DNA from: Patescibacteria group bacterium
Lineage (GTDB): Bacteria; Patescibacteriota; Patescibacteriia; UBA2591; JAQUPP01
Length of the DNA: 64,000 bases
Assembly: GCA_041649955.1 (NCBI GenBank)
Contig: JBAZMD010000003.1
Span: 877-64,876, forward strand
Reading direction: 5' to 3'
Both the position numbers and the translations under genes were made by a program. Positions 47,881 to 57,963 of this stretch are shown here, piece by piece; position 1 is the first letter of the stretch, and every line of letters begins with the position of its first letter. The notes beneath the pieces were generated by a model. The model did no database searches, was not told the origin of the DNA, and saw nothing but the letters and a program-made list of their open reading frames with translations.

Positions 47881-49302
47881 ATGAGTTTAACCAGTTTGGT
47901 CAGTAAAAATACGTTTGTCCATTTAGTCGGCAAAATAATCAGTCTTTTTCTGAGTCTGATTATTTTCAGTATGATTACTCACTATTTGGGCACGGAAGGA
48001 TTTGGTCAATTCACGACCGTGACTTCATTCCTTCAAGTTTTTGCCATTTTTGCCAATCTTGGTTTATATTTGGTTTTTATTCAAATACTTTCCGCGCCTA
48101 AAACAGACGAAAAAAAAGTGATCAGCGATTTTTTCAGTTTTCGCTTAATTTCCAGTATTGTTCTTTTATTCATTGCTCCGTTGATTGCTCTATCGATTCC
48201 TCAATATTCCGGTTTGATAAAAATCGGAATATTTATTACTGTTTTCAGTTATATTTTCACTTCTTTGAGTCAGTTATTGACCGGTTTTTTTCAAACTAAA
48301 ATGCAAATTAAAAAAGTGGTTTTTGCCGAAATTGCCGGCCGCTTGGTTTTATTGATTTTGACCGAATCGGCTATTTTGTTAAAAACGCATTTGATCGGAA
48401 TTTTAGTCGCTCTTATTTTTTCCAGCTTGGTTGAATTTTATGTTCTTTACCGCTTTTTGGGACAGCAAATCAAAATATCTTTATTGCCTGATTTTCATGC
48501 CCATTTGAATATTTTCAAAAAATCTTGGCCGGTCGCTCTTTCAATGATTTTGACAACAGTTTATTTCAAGGGCGATACGATTATTCTTTCTTTATTTCAA
48601 TCACAGAATGATGTCGGTATTTACGGCGCGTCTTATCGGATTTTGGAAACTCTGATTTTATTCCCGCCGATTTTTGTCGGGTTGATTATGCCTTATTTAA
48701 GCCGTTCTTGGGCCGAGAAAAATCTTGAATCTTTTAAAATGATTTTCCAAAAATCTTTTGATTTTTTTATGGTCATTATTTGGCCGCTCATTATCGGAAC
48801 AATGTGTTTGGCCGCGCCTTTGATGATGTTTGTTGCCGGTGCTGATTTTCTTGTTTCCGCGCCGCCGCTCAGAATTTTAATTTGGGCCACCGGTCTGATT
48901 TTCTTGGGAACTTTGTCAACTTATGCCGTGGTTGCCATAGAAAAACAAAAATTAATGCTTCCTTTTTATTTTATTTCCGCCTTGGTCGGCCTAATCGGTT
49001 ATCTTATTTTTATTCCTACATATTCTTATTATGGCGCGGCTTATATGACTATTGTCGCCGAATTATTGACCACGGCTTTGTCTTTTTGGATTATTTATAA
49101 AACAACTAAATTTTTGCCGAATTTTAAAATCGGTTCAAAATCGCTTCTGGCCAGCTTGATTATGGGATTTTTTCTGTTGATTTTAAGCGGCCAAAATTTA
49201 TTCTTCTTGATTTTCGTGGCAATAATAATATATTTCGCCGCACTTTATTTTTTAAAAACAATTTCTTCTCAAACCATTAAAGAAATTGCGAATTTGAAAT
49301 AA
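47881..49302 (+). CDS. Polysaccharide/oligosaccharide flippase (Wzx-like, MOP superfamily)
   Basis: ~14 TM, typical Wzx length and topology; TTGCCA-17-TATAAT promoter upstream. Confidence 0.7.
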   Translation: MSLTSLVSKNTFVHLVGKIISLFLSLIIFSMITHYLGTEGFGQFTTVTSFLQVFAIFANLGLYLVFIQILSAPKTDEKKVISDFFSFRLISSIVLLFIAPLIALSIPQYSGLIKIGIFITVFSYIFTSLSQLLTGFFQTKMQIKKVVFAEIAGRLVLLILTESAILLKTHLIGILVALIFSSLVEFYVLYRFLGQQIKISLLPDFHAHLNIFKKSWPVALSMILTTVYFKGDTIILSLFQSQNDVGIYGASYRILETLILFPPIFVGLIMPYLSRSWAEKNLESFKMIFQKSFDFFMVIIWPLIIGTMCLAAPLMMFVAGADFLVSAPPLRILIWATGLIFLGTLSTYAVVAIEKQKLMLPFYFISALVGLIGYLIFIPTYSYYGAAYMTIVAELLTTALSFWIIYKTTKFLPNFKIGSKSLLASLIMGFFLLILSGQNLFFLIFVAIIIYFAALYFLKTISSQTIKEIANLK

Positions 49303-49305
49303 TTT

Positions 49306-50595
49306 ATGTATATTTTTTATTTTTTGGTTTTAATTTGCACTGTTTTGCCGGCATATCAAATAAGATTTCAGATTTTTGGTTTGCCGATGACTTTATTGGA
49401 AGTAATGACTTTAATTTTATTTGTTGTTTGGCTGGTAGAAAAAATCAAAAATCAAAAATCAAAAATCAAAATTACAATTCAAAATTTAAAATTAAACAGC
49501 TGGTTCTGGATAATTGCGATTTGGTTAATAGTAGCCACCATTTCCATGTTTATTGCTCCGAACTTGCGAGAGGCAGCTGGGATTTGGAAGGCGTATTTTG
49601 TTGAGCCGATTCTTTTATTAATAGTTTTCCTTGACTTGATAAAAACAAAAAAAGATTTAAATTTAATTTTAAACGCGTTGATTTTTTCCGCTTTTTATTG
49701 TTCTGTTTGGGCGATTTGTCAAAAGATTTTTCATTTCGGCGGCATGATGAGCACTGAAGTTTGGAGCGCGCCGAAAATTTGGCGGGCGACCGGTCCGTTT
49801 CCCCAATCAAATTTTTTAGGATTGTATTTGGGCCCGATTATTGTGCTGACTTTCGGGCAAATAATCGCAAATCGTAAAAAATGTTTATGGTTTATAATTT
49901 ATAGTTTAGTGCTTATATTATCATTCGCGGCAATAATTCTGGCACGTTCTAATGGAGCGATATTGGGGGTTTTAGCCGGCTTGGTTTTTATGGGCCTTAT
50001 TTATAAATCAAGCAGAAAATGGACAACAATTTCTTTAATTATTTTATTATTAATTATCAAATTACTGCCGGTGGCGCGAAATTATGTTTGGCAAGAAGCG
50101 ACTTTTCATAATCTTTCCGGACAATTGCGGGTTAACATTTGGCAAGGCGCGATTTCTTTGATTAAAACCAATCCGATTCTTGGCGTAGGCCTAGACGGCT
50201 ATCAAAATTTAATTCCTCAATATCAAGCCAGATTTTATGACCCGATAACGCATCAATTGATTTCCGTGGAAACCCATCCTTATCCGCATAATTTATTTTT
50301 AGCTCTTTGGTGCGAACTGGGATTGGCGGGTTTGATTATTTTCTTAATTATTATTTTTCAATTTTTTAAATTTGGATTTAGGGAATTGTTTAGAAATTTG
50401 AAATTTAAAATTAGAAATTCAGACTCGGGAAAAAATAATCCAATATTAATTCTTGCGCTTTTATCATCTATGATCACAATACTAGTTCACGGAGCAGTTG
50501 ATACTCCTTATTTTAAAAATGATTTGTCAATTTTATTTTGGCTGATTATCGGCTTGACAATTTGTCTAAAATCTGATATTATCAAAGATAATTAG
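49306..50595 (+). CDS. O-antigen ligase/polymerase family membrane protein (Wzy/RfaL-like) containing (AAAAATC)4 repeat
   Basis: Multi-TM with large periplasmic loop and Wzy_C-like region; heptamer repeat at 49440-49467 within codons ~45-55. Confidence 0.6.
   Translation: MYIFYFLVLICTVLPAYQIRFQIFGLPMTLLEVMTLILFVVWLVEKIKNQKSKIKITIQNLKLNSWFWIIAIWLIVATISMFIAPNLREAAGIWKAYFVEPILLLIVFLDLIKTKKDLNLILNALIFSAFYCSVWAICQKIFHFGGMMSTEVWSAPKIWRATGPFPQSNFLGLYLGPIIVLTFGQIIANRKKCLWFIIYSLVLILSFAAIILARSNGAILGVLAGLVFMGLIYKSSRKWTTISLIILLLIIKLLPVARNYVWQEATFHNLSGQLRVNIWQGAISLIKTNPILGVGLDGYQNLIPQYQARFYDPITHQLISVETHPYPHNLFLALWCELGLAGLIIFLIIIFQFFKFGFRELFRNLKFKIRNSDSGKNNPILILALLSSMITILVHGAVDTPYFKNDLSILFWLIIGLTICLKSDIIKDN
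49440..49467 (+). repeat. Heptanucleotide tandem repeat (AAAAATC)x4 (+ partial) inside coding sequence
   Basis: Read directly: aaaaatc aaaaatc aaaaatc aaaaatc aaaatt. Confidence 0.9.
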
Positions 50596-50612
50596 AAAAA
50601 AGGAGGGGAATC

Positions 50613-50825
50613 ATGAACGGAGAGTATTTTTTACAATACACACAGAATTGGGATGGGAATATAATTAAAATAGGGCTCAAGTCCACGACGCTAACAGAAG
50701 CGATTAAAGAAGCGAATAAACAGTGGCGTGGAGTTAAGGCGGAGTATAAGAAAAAAAAGGGTCCATATACGTTGGTTCCGTCTCATCCGAAACTAGTGGA
50801 AATCATGTCATTAGATTTAAAATGA
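50613..50825 (+). CDS. Hypothetical small protein
   Basis: ORF with RBS aaaggagggg; no known domain. Confidence 0.4.
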   Translation: MNGEYFLQYTQNWDGNIIKIGLKSTTLTEAIKEANKQWRGVKAEYKKKKGPYTLVPSHPKLVEIMSLDLK

Positions 50826-50941
50826 AGTAATATCCATTGGATGTTGTAGTGTAAGGTGGTCATTGACTCAAAATCATTGATCACCTTTTTTTATTTGACA
50901 TTTGACAAATTTTTAAAATCTTTTATACTGAATAATAATAA

Positions 50942-51430
50942 ATGTCTGCTTATCGGCAGACAAAGGAGGAAGAAATGAAAAAGTTTTTTAGCAGCGGAAA
51001 GACGAAAAAGTTTTTTCAAATGTTCTTTTTAAACCTTTTAGGTATATTGTGGGTCGGGTACTTTTTTCTCTTTTGGTTGGTAATTAATGGCAAAATACCA
51101 TTGAAAGTATTAGCCGGGCCATTTGTTATAGCAATGATGGTCGCGGGAATTTTGATGAATATAGCCCAGGAAGTGAAATTTACCCCGAGTTATAAATTAC
51201 TCCAGTTTTATTTGTTTATTTTCGGTTTTGCAGCGGTATCTACCGGAGGATATTATTTTGCGCCGATAGGACCGCAATGTATTTATTGGAGTAAAGCAAG
51301 TATAGCTATTAACCTATTTTGCGTTGTCCAGATATTTGTTGGAGTTTTAACAATAAATACTGTGATAGAAATGGGCATAGCGCAGAGATGTTTAAAAAGA
51401 GCAAAAAAATATTCAGAAAAGGGGCTTTAA
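50942..51430 (+). CDS. Hypothetical 4-TM membrane protein
   Basis: ORF; TTGACA...TATACT promoter at ~50897-50930. Confidence 0.4.
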   Translation: MSAYRQTKEEEMKKFFSSGKTKKFFQMFFLNLLGILWVGYFFLFWLVINGKIPLKVLAGPFVIAMMVAGILMNIAQEVKFTPSYKLLQFYLFIFGFAAVSTGGYYFAPIGPQCIYWSKASIAINLFCVVQIFVGVLTINTVIEMGIAQRCLKRAKKYSEKGL

Positions 51431-51502
51431 TCGCCCCTTTTGGTTTTGACGAATAGGAAAAAAAGATATAAAATATAAGATAAGAATCTTACCAATTAAT
51501 TT

Positions 51503-51763
51503 ATGTTTTTTGTTTATATTTTAAAAAGCTCTAAAAATAAATGGTTTTATATCGGGTCAACTTCAGATTTAAATAAAAGATTAGAAGAACATAATTTAGG
51601 AAAAGTTGTTTCTACTAATTTTTATCGACCATTAAAATTAATTTATTACGAAGCTTATTTTTCTGAAAAAGACGCAAGACATCGTGAACATAATTTAAAG
51701 TTAAAATCTAGAGCTTTTGTTCAATTAAAAAAGAGACTTAAGAGTACATTAGAAAATATATAA
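51503..51763 (+). CDS. Small GIY-YIG nuclease family protein
   Basis: 'MFFVYILKSSKNKWFYIGSTSDLNKRLEEHN' GIY-YIG block. Confidence 0.8.
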   Translation: MFFVYILKSSKNKWFYIGSTSDLNKRLEEHNLGKVVSTNFYRPLKLIYYEAYFSEKDARHREHNLKLKSRAFVQLKKRLKSTLENI

Positions 51764-51780
51764 AATTTAATTATCTTTAA

Positions 51781-51900
51781 GAGGCGTGCCTCCACACCAA
51801 ACGGGAGTGGAGAAAATAAATAATATTTTAACGGCATAATCTATAAAGGTAAATATACGGGAGATAAATATAATATCCCCGTTTGGTGTGGAGGCGTGGC
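51781..51900. repeat. MITE-like element family A (GAGGCGTGCCTCCACACCAAACGGGAG / CCCCGTTTGGTGTGGAGGCGTGGC), right terminus overlapping tRNA-Ser 5' end
   Basis: TIRs seen directly; last 10 nt = tRNA-Ser acceptor 5' strand. Confidence 0.55.
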
Positions 51901-51979
51901 TGAGTGGTCGAAAGCGGCAGTTTCGAAAACTGCTATACCCGTAAGGGTATCAGAGGTTCGAATCCTCTCGCCTCCGCCA
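51890..51979 (+). tRNA. tRNA-Ser (anticodon CGA), long variable arm, CCA encoded
   Basis: Acceptor ggaggcg/cgcctcc, anticodon stem gcagt/actgc loop ttCGAaa, variable arm tatacccgtaagggtatc, T-arm gaggttcgaatcctc. Confidence 0.8.
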
Positions 51980-51989
51980 GATTACCAAG

Positions 51990-53318
51990 TTGGAACTGGA
52001 TAATTTTATGAAAAAAATAAAAATTGTAATCAGTACCGCTTTTCAAGACGCTGGCGATGCTACCAGGGCTATTGAAATTGCTAAAGCTTTGAGGAAATAT
52101 CAGCCGGGTGATATTGATGCCAGAATAATTTTTATTTCTCACGGCAGTAAATTTGAACAGAAAGTTCTTGATCTTGGTTTTGAGATTTATCAGGCTAAAC
52201 CGAAATTGCCCGGGGTTGGTTTGTATCAAGACCTTGGCATGACCATTACTAATCTTGTTGGCACGGAAAAATTGGCCGAAGAAATGATTAAGGGAGAAAT
52301 AGAAACATATAAAGAAATAAAACCGGATGTTGTTTTGCATGGTTTTTGGCCAATGGCTAGTCTGGCGAGAAGAATGATGGATAAAGAAATTCCGGGAATC
52401 TGTTTTGTCCCACTCCCGCTTGTTTCCAGTTTTTTTGATGTCCTCCCCGATGTGCCGGAACAATTAAAAATATTCTCCATTTTTTCAAAACCGGTGCGTC
52501 TGTGGCTGTTCCGCCACATTCCTAATTTTGTAAAAAGCAGAGTGCCAATTTTAAGGCAAAATAATATCAGACACGCTGTCTACAAGCTTGGTTGGAAAGG
52601 AAAAAAGCTGGTCAACACTTTTGATTTGTTAAAAGCCGATTTAACCATAGTCAATGATTTGCCCGACTATTACGATCAGAGCAAATTTCCGCCAAATGTA
52701 GTGTTTACCGGACCGCTATTTTCCATGCCGAATAGTAATGAACAGATTGATCCAGAAATATTGAAGGTGTTTGATCCGAACAATGGCAAGCAAAAAGTTT
52801 TCTGTACTTTGAGCAGTTCTGGTTCGGAAGAGATGCTTAAAGAAGTTATAAAAGTATTTACTTATGGAGAAGGACTAAATTGGAATGCCGTTATTCTTTC
52901 TCCGCATTTTGGAGTTGAAGAAGCATATAAAATACTGGGCAAAAGAGAATGTGTGTATATCACAGATAAATTCATTCCTGCACAAAAAGTAAATGCTATG
53001 GCCGATATTGTAATTTGCCACGGTGGGCAAGGAACAGTGCAAACCGCGATACATTCCGGCACGCCACTGGTTGGAGTAGCCGCTCAACAGGAACAATTTA
53101 TCAATTTATCCAATGTTGAGTCTCGCGGAGCTGGTATTCGTATCTCTAAAACCAAGTGGAGTGCAAAAAACATACAAAGGTCTGTTTCCAAAATTATGTC
53201 CGATAGGAAGTACAAGAAATCCGTACTGAAGTTAAGAGATTGTATTATGGCAACGGACGGAGCCAGAAATGCCGCTAGCGCAATTTGGAAAAAGATAGAA
53301 GAATTATTACTGATTTAG
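51990..53318 (+). CDS. GT1-family UDP-glycosyltransferase (MGT/MurG-like) (true start probably Met at 52008)
   Basis: 'VICHGGQGTVQTAIHSGTPLVGV' UDPGT C-terminal signature region. Confidence 0.75.
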   Translation: MELDNFMKKIKIVISTAFQDAGDATRAIEIAKALRKYQPGDIDARIIFISHGSKFEQKVLDLGFEIYQAKPKLPGVGLYQDLGMTITNLVGTEKLAEEMIKGEIETYKEIKPDVVLHGFWPMASLARRMMDKEIPGICFVPLPLVSSFFDVLPDVPEQLKIFSIFSKPVRLWLFRHIPNFVKSRVPILRQNNIRHAVYKLGWKGKKLVNTFDLLKADLTIVNDLPDYYDQSKFPPNVVFTGPLFSMPNSNEQIDPEILKVFDPNNGKQKVFCTLSSSGSEEMLKEVIKVFTYGEGLNWNAVILSPHFGVEEAYKILGKRECVYITDKFIPAQKVNAMADIVICHGGQGTVQTAIHSGTPLVGVAAQQEQFINLSNVESRGAGIRISKTKWSAKNIQRSVSKIMSDRKYKKSVLKLRDCIMATDGARNAASAIWKKIEELLLI

Positions 53319-53491
53319 TAGATTTTTTGAGCAAAACTTGGAACGTCGAACCATATTGGATTTTCTTTGTAAAATCGACGTAATTGGCGTATCATTTTAT
53401 CAATACGGCCGTAAAATAAGGCCTTTAAGGCTAATGCCGGTTCAAACTTTCGGACATCGCCACCGTTTTTAAAATATTATTTTTATAATTT

Positions 53492-54361
53492 ATGATTATT
53501 CCCACAAAAAAATTACTCAGCGGATTTTCAATGCCGGAATATGGTTTTGGAACTTGGCAAATGGGTGGCAGAAAAGAACGTGATTTTCAAAATGACGATA
53601 AAGCCGACATTAACGCCATTAAAACAGCGATTGATTTGGGTATTACTCATATTGATACCGCCGAATTATACGCGGACGGATATACGGAAACTTTAGTAGC
53701 TCAAGCCATAAAAGGATATGAGCGTTCAAAGCTTTTTATTGTCTCAAAAGTTGGGTTTTCGTGTTTGAGTTATTCTGGTATTTTAGAAGCTTGCAAAAAT
53801 AGTTTGAAACGATTGCAAACAGATTATTTGGATTTATATTTATTGCATCGCTATAATCCGGAAATTCCGTTAAAAGAAAGTATTCAAGCTTTAAGCGAGC
53901 TTAAAGACGCCGGCTTGGTGAAAGAAATCGGCGTTTGCAATTTTGGTCCCGAACATCTCAAAGAAGCCCAGACATATACAAAACATAAAATTGTTTGCGA
54001 TCAGGTGCATTATAATCTCCAATTCAGAGAACCCGAAAAAAGCGGTCTTTTGGATTATTGCCAAAAAAATGACGTGATGCTTATTGCTTGGAGGCCTACG
54101 GGCAAGGGTGATTTACTCCAGGAAATTCCCGAAGTGTTAAAAACTATATGCGATAAATATAAAAAGACACCTGCTCAGATTGCAATCAATTGGCTTATTT
54201 CTCAGCAAAATGTGGTAACGCTTTCAAAAACAAGAAACAAAGAGCATTTCTTGGAAAATTTGGGAGCTTTGGGATGGAATATGAAAAAAGAAGATATTGA
54301 AAAGTTAAGAAAAGAATATCCAAATCAAAAAGATATTTCTGACGTGGTGCCTTTGGGATAA
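53492..54361 (+). CDS. Aldo/keto reductase
   Basis: 'GFGTWQMGG', 'IDTAELYADGYTE', 'LDLYLLH' AKR signatures. Confidence 0.85.
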   Translation: MIIPTKKLLSGFSMPEYGFGTWQMGGRKERDFQNDDKADINAIKTAIDLGITHIDTAELYADGYTETLVAQAIKGYERSKLFIVSKVGFSCLSYSGILEACKNSLKRLQTDYLDLYLLHRYNPEIPLKESIQALSELKDAGLVKEIGVCNFGPEHLKEAQTYTKHKIVCDQVHYNLQFREPEKSGLLDYCQKNDVMLIAWRPTGKGDLLQEIPEVLKTICDKYKKTPAQIAINWLISQQNVVTLSKTRNKEHFLENLGALGWNMKKEDIEKLRKEYPNQKDISDVVPLG

Positions 54362-54467
54362 TTTTAAAATTTATGGAAAAAATGTTTATAAAAAATAGAA
54401 AAAATCAGATTAAATCAGACTAAAAAAATTTTCAAAAATACAATTCTCGCAGAAGATTTCATGAAAA

Positions 54468-54785
54468 TTGAAATTTAGAAATTATCATCTAAATAGTAGA
54501 ATTATGAAAATTAAAAAGAATGTCCAGCAAAAATATTTTGAAGCGATAATTGACGGTAGAAAAAGATTTGAAGTAAGATTGGCCGATTTCAAATGCAAGC
54601 CCGGCGATACTATTGTTTTGGTTGAGCAAAAAGACAAAACAAAAAATTCTACAGGCAGGAAAGTTGAATGCGAAGTTTTGTATAAACTTAACACTAAAGA
54701 GCTTAATAAATTTTACACAAAGAAAGATATTGAAAAATACGGCTTGTTGATTTTAGCCGTGCGTAAAAAATTTAAATTTAAATAA
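54468..54785 (+). CDS. ASCH/DUF3850-like small protein
   Basis: 'KYFEAIIDGRKRFEVRLADFKCKPGDTIVLVE' resembles DUF3850/ASCH core. Confidence 0.45.
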   Translation: MKFRNYHLNSRIMKIKKNVQQKYFEAIIDGRKRFEVRLADFKCKPGDTIVLVEQKDKTKNSTGRKVECEVLYKLNTKELNKFYTKKDIEKYGLLILAVRKKFKFK

Positions 54786-54803
54786 AAATTGTTAAAATAA
54801 ATT

Positions 54804-55397
54804 ATGTTGCAATATTTAGTTTTTGTTGGAGCAGCGGTTCAACTAGCGGGAGTTTTTTCTTATATAAAAGAAACTTTAAAAGGAAATACCAAGCCGAATA
54901 AAGTTACTTGGCTGATGTGGTCTATTGCTCCATTAATAGCAACTTTCGCGGCGCTTTCAAGCGGAGTGAGATGGTCTGTCTTTCCTGTTTTTATGGCCGG
55001 ATTCGGTCCTTTGTTAGTTTTTATCGCTTCTTTTGTAAATAAAAATTCTTATTGGAAATTGGAAAAATTTGATTATCTTTGCGGCCTTTGTTCAATATTG
55101 GCACTTATTTTTTGGGGTATAACCAAAGAACCGATTATCGCGATTATATTTGCAATAGCGAGCGATGGATTTGCGGGAATTCCCACTTTGGTAAAATCGT
55201 GGAAATATCCGGAAACAGAAACCGTTACCGCTTACACTACCGGCTTATTCAATGCGCTTACAAGTTTCGCGGCGATAAAAATTTGGAATTTTTCATCATG
55301 CGCTTTTCCTGCATATTTGGTGGTTATGTGTATTTCTCTAATTTTTTCAGTTTATCATCGCAAAATTTTTAAAAAAATATTTGCTGTTAAAAAATAA
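54804..55397 (+). CDS. Hypothetical multi-pass membrane protein
   Basis: ORF with ~5 TM helices. Confidence 0.4.
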   Translation: MLQYLVFVGAAVQLAGVFSYIKETLKGNTKPNKVTWLMWSIAPLIATFAALSSGVRWSVFPVFMAGFGPLLVFIASFVNKNSYWKLEKFDYLCGLCSILALIFWGITKEPIIAIIFAIASDGFAGIPTLVKSWKYPETETVTAYTTGLFNALTSFAAIKIWNFSSCAFPAYLVVMCISLIFSVYHRKIFKKIFAVKK

Positions 55398-55442
55398 ATT
55401 CATTTCAATCTTATTAATTTAAATGTATTAAAATCATATTTT

Positions 55443-56696
55443 ATGACTCAAAATTCACCACAAACTGCAGTTCAAAATTTCGCGGAACTCGGCATTGCTC
55501 CGGCGCTTTATAATAGTCTCTTAAAGTTAAATCTTACTGTTCCGACGCCGATTCAGCAAAAAACAATTCCAATAGCTCTTGAAGGAAAAGATGTTGTCGG
55601 TATTGCTCAAACCGGAACCGGAAAAACACTTGCTTTCGGGCTTCCGATGATTCAACGTCTTAATCAAATAAAAGGTTGTGGGCTTGTTATTTTGCCTACC
55701 CGCGAACTTGCTTTGCAGGTTGATGAAGCATTATACAAAGTGGGCGCGGCGGTGGGATTAAGAACAGCCGTGGTAATCGGCGGAGCGCCAATGGGCGCGC
55801 AAATCCGCGCCTTAAACAGAAATCCTCATATTATTATTGCCACACCCGGCCGTTTAAATGATCATCTTCAGCAAAGAACAGTTCGGCTTAATAATGTGGT
55901 TATCGTGGTCTTAGATGAAGCGGATAGAATGCTGGATATGGGATTTGCGCCGCAAATTAAATCCATACTTCAAGTAGTTTCTCCGGAAAGACAGACAATG
56001 CTTTTTTCCGCCACTATGCCGGTTGAAATTTTGACCATGGCAAAAACTTATATGAAACTTCCGATACAAATTGAAGTCGCGCCGACCGGAACGACTGTGG
56101 AAAAAGTTACGCAAGAAATTTTTATTATTCCGCAGCAAGATAAATTTCCGTTATTGGAAAAAATATTAACGCAATATAAAGGATCAATCCTTATTTTTAC
56201 ACGGACAAAACACGGCGCGAAAAAATTAAACGAATCAATTCAATCTTTGGGATATACGGCAAATGAAATTCATTCAAACAGATCTCTCGGTCAGCGAAGA
56301 GAAGCGCTTACCGGATTTAAAACCGGTAAATACAGAGTATTGGTCGCGACTGATGTCGCATCTCGCGGAGTGGATGTTGTCGGCATTGAATTGGTTATCA
56401 ATTATGATTTGCCGGAAAACAGCGAAGATTACGTGCATCGCATCGGCCGAACAGCGCGAGCCGGAGCGGTCGGGCATGCCATATCGTTTGCCACTCCATA
56501 TCAAAGAGGAGAGTTAAGGGATATTGAACGTTTGGTCAGAAAAAATATTCCAATTTCAAAAACTCCGGAACTTCCTCCAATGAGAAAAGGATTAACGCAA
56601 CAAAAAACAGAAATGCCGAGAAGACGGGAAAATACCGCTCCAAAAAACAGAGATGATTATCGATCATATAGATTTCATAAACCCAGAAGATATTAA
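55443..56696 (+). CDS. DEAD-box ATP-dependent RNA helicase
   Basis: Q-motif, 'AQTGTGKT', 'PTRELA', 'DEAD', 'SAT', 'HRIGRTAR'. Confidence 0.9.
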   Translation: MTQNSPQTAVQNFAELGIAPALYNSLLKLNLTVPTPIQQKTIPIALEGKDVVGIAQTGTGKTLAFGLPMIQRLNQIKGCGLVILPTRELALQVDEALYKVGAAVGLRTAVVIGGAPMGAQIRALNRNPHIIIATPGRLNDHLQQRTVRLNNVVIVVLDEADRMLDMGFAPQIKSILQVVSPERQTMLFSATMPVEILTMAKTYMKLPIQIEVAPTGTTVEKVTQEIFIIPQQDKFPLLEKILTQYKGSILIFTRTKHGAKKLNESIQSLGYTANEIHSNRSLGQRREALTGFKTGKYRVLVATDVASRGVDVVGIELVINYDLPENSEDYVHRIGRTARAGAVGHAISFATPYQRGELRDIERLVRKNIPISKTPELPPMRKGLTQQKTEMPRRRENTAPKNRDDYRSYRFHKPRRY

Positions 56697-56705
56697 TTTT
56701 AATTT

Positions 56706-57959
56706 ATGCAAGAAACTATAGAAATATTTGATGTGGCGGTTATCGGCGGTGGACCGGCGGGGATGATGGCAGCCGGAAGAGCAGCGGAGTTGGGAGCCAG
56801 CGTGGTGCTTTTGGAAAAAAATAATAATCTCGGAAAAAAATTGCTAATGACCGGCAAAGGCAGATGCAATCTGACGCAAAATCAACCGGACAATCGGGAA
56901 TTTATTAAAAAAATCGGTGCGAACGGGAAATTTTTATTTTCATCTTTGGCTTGTTTCGGTCCGGAAGAAACAATGCAATTTTTCAAATCGCATAACTTGC
57001 CGCTTAAAACGGAAAGAGGAAAAAGAGTTTTTCCAACATCCGACCACGCGGAAGATGTGTTGAAAGTTCTGCAAAGATATCTCAAAGAAAACAAAGTTAA
57101 ATTTATTTATGGATCGGAAATTTTTGATTTTAAATTGGAAAACAATCGGATTGAAAAAATAAAATTAAAAGACGGGTTTGTTCAGGCGCGCAATTATATT
57201 ATCGCCGTGGGCGGGAAATCTTACCCGACCACCGGATCAACAGGCGATGGTTATCAATGGGCGAAGAGAATGGGACATACCATTATTGAGACAAATCCGA
57301 CGCTTGTTCCTGTCAGAACGAATGAATCTTGGATTCAGCATTTACAAGGATTGAGTTTAAAAAATGTTGCGATTAATATTTTTCAAAATAATAAAAAACA
57401 AGCCACTCGTTTCGGCGAAATGATTTTTACTCATTTTGGATTAAGCGGCCCGATTATTCTTGACGCGAGCAGGGAAATCGGGGAGCTTCTTAAAAAAGGA
57501 GAAGTGGAAATTGAAATTGATTTTAAGCCGGCGCTTGATTTTAAACAGCTTGACGAGCGATTAAAAAGAGATTTTCAGGAAAGTGCCAATAAAAATTTTG
57601 AAAATTATTTGCCCCAACTTGTTCCCAAGAAAATGATCGGCGTGATAATCAAATTATCGGGAATTATCGCCAACACGAAAATTCATGCCATTACCAAAGA
57701 AGAGCGGAAAATTTTAGTTCATCTTTTGAAAGAAATGAAAGTGTCAGTGGTGGGATTAATGGGATATGACCAGGCGATTGCGACCAGCGGCGGCGTCAGT
57801 TTGAAAGAAGTGGATTCAAAAACGATGAAATCTAAAATTATTGATAATTTGTTTTTTGCCGGCGAAATTTTGGATCTTGACGGTCCGACCGGCGGATATA
57901 ATCTTCAAATTTGTTGGAGCACCGGCTACGCAGCCGGAACTCACGCAGCTGTTAAATAA
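56706..57959 (+). CDS. HI0933/BaiN-family FAD-dependent oxidoreductase
   Basis: 'FDVAVIGGGPAGMMAA...GKKLLMTGKGRCNLTQ'. Confidence 0.8.
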   Translation: MQETIEIFDVAVIGGGPAGMMAAGRAAELGASVVLLEKNNNLGKKLLMTGKGRCNLTQNQPDNREFIKKIGANGKFLFSSLACFGPEETMQFFKSHNLPLKTERGKRVFPTSDHAEDVLKVLQRYLKENKVKFIYGSEIFDFKLENNRIEKIKLKDGFVQARNYIIAVGGKSYPTTGSTGDGYQWAKRMGHTIIETNPTLVPVRTNESWIQHLQGLSLKNVAINIFQNNKKQATRFGEMIFTHFGLSGPIILDASREIGELLKKGEVEIEIDFKPALDFKQLDERLKRDFQESANKNFENYLPQLVPKKMIGVIIKLSGIIANTKIHAITKEERKILVHLLKEMKVSVVGLMGYDQAIATSGGVSLKEVDSKTMKSKIIDNLFFAGEILDLDGPTGGYNLQICWSTGYAAGTHAAVK

Positions 57960-57963
57960 ATTT

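Noticed and set aside
49440-49467. CRISPR-like array
   Set aside because: Period is 7 nt with no spacers; it is a simple tandem repeat inside a coding region. No CRISPR repeats or cas genes are seen anywhere in the window.
53320-53490. Possible riboswitch/ncRNA upstream of the aldo-keto reductase (hairpins ggccgtaaaataaggcc, cgtcgaacc...atcgacg)
   Set aside because: No match to any riboswitch consensus I can recognise; the hairpins are short and could simply be the terminator of the preceding gene.
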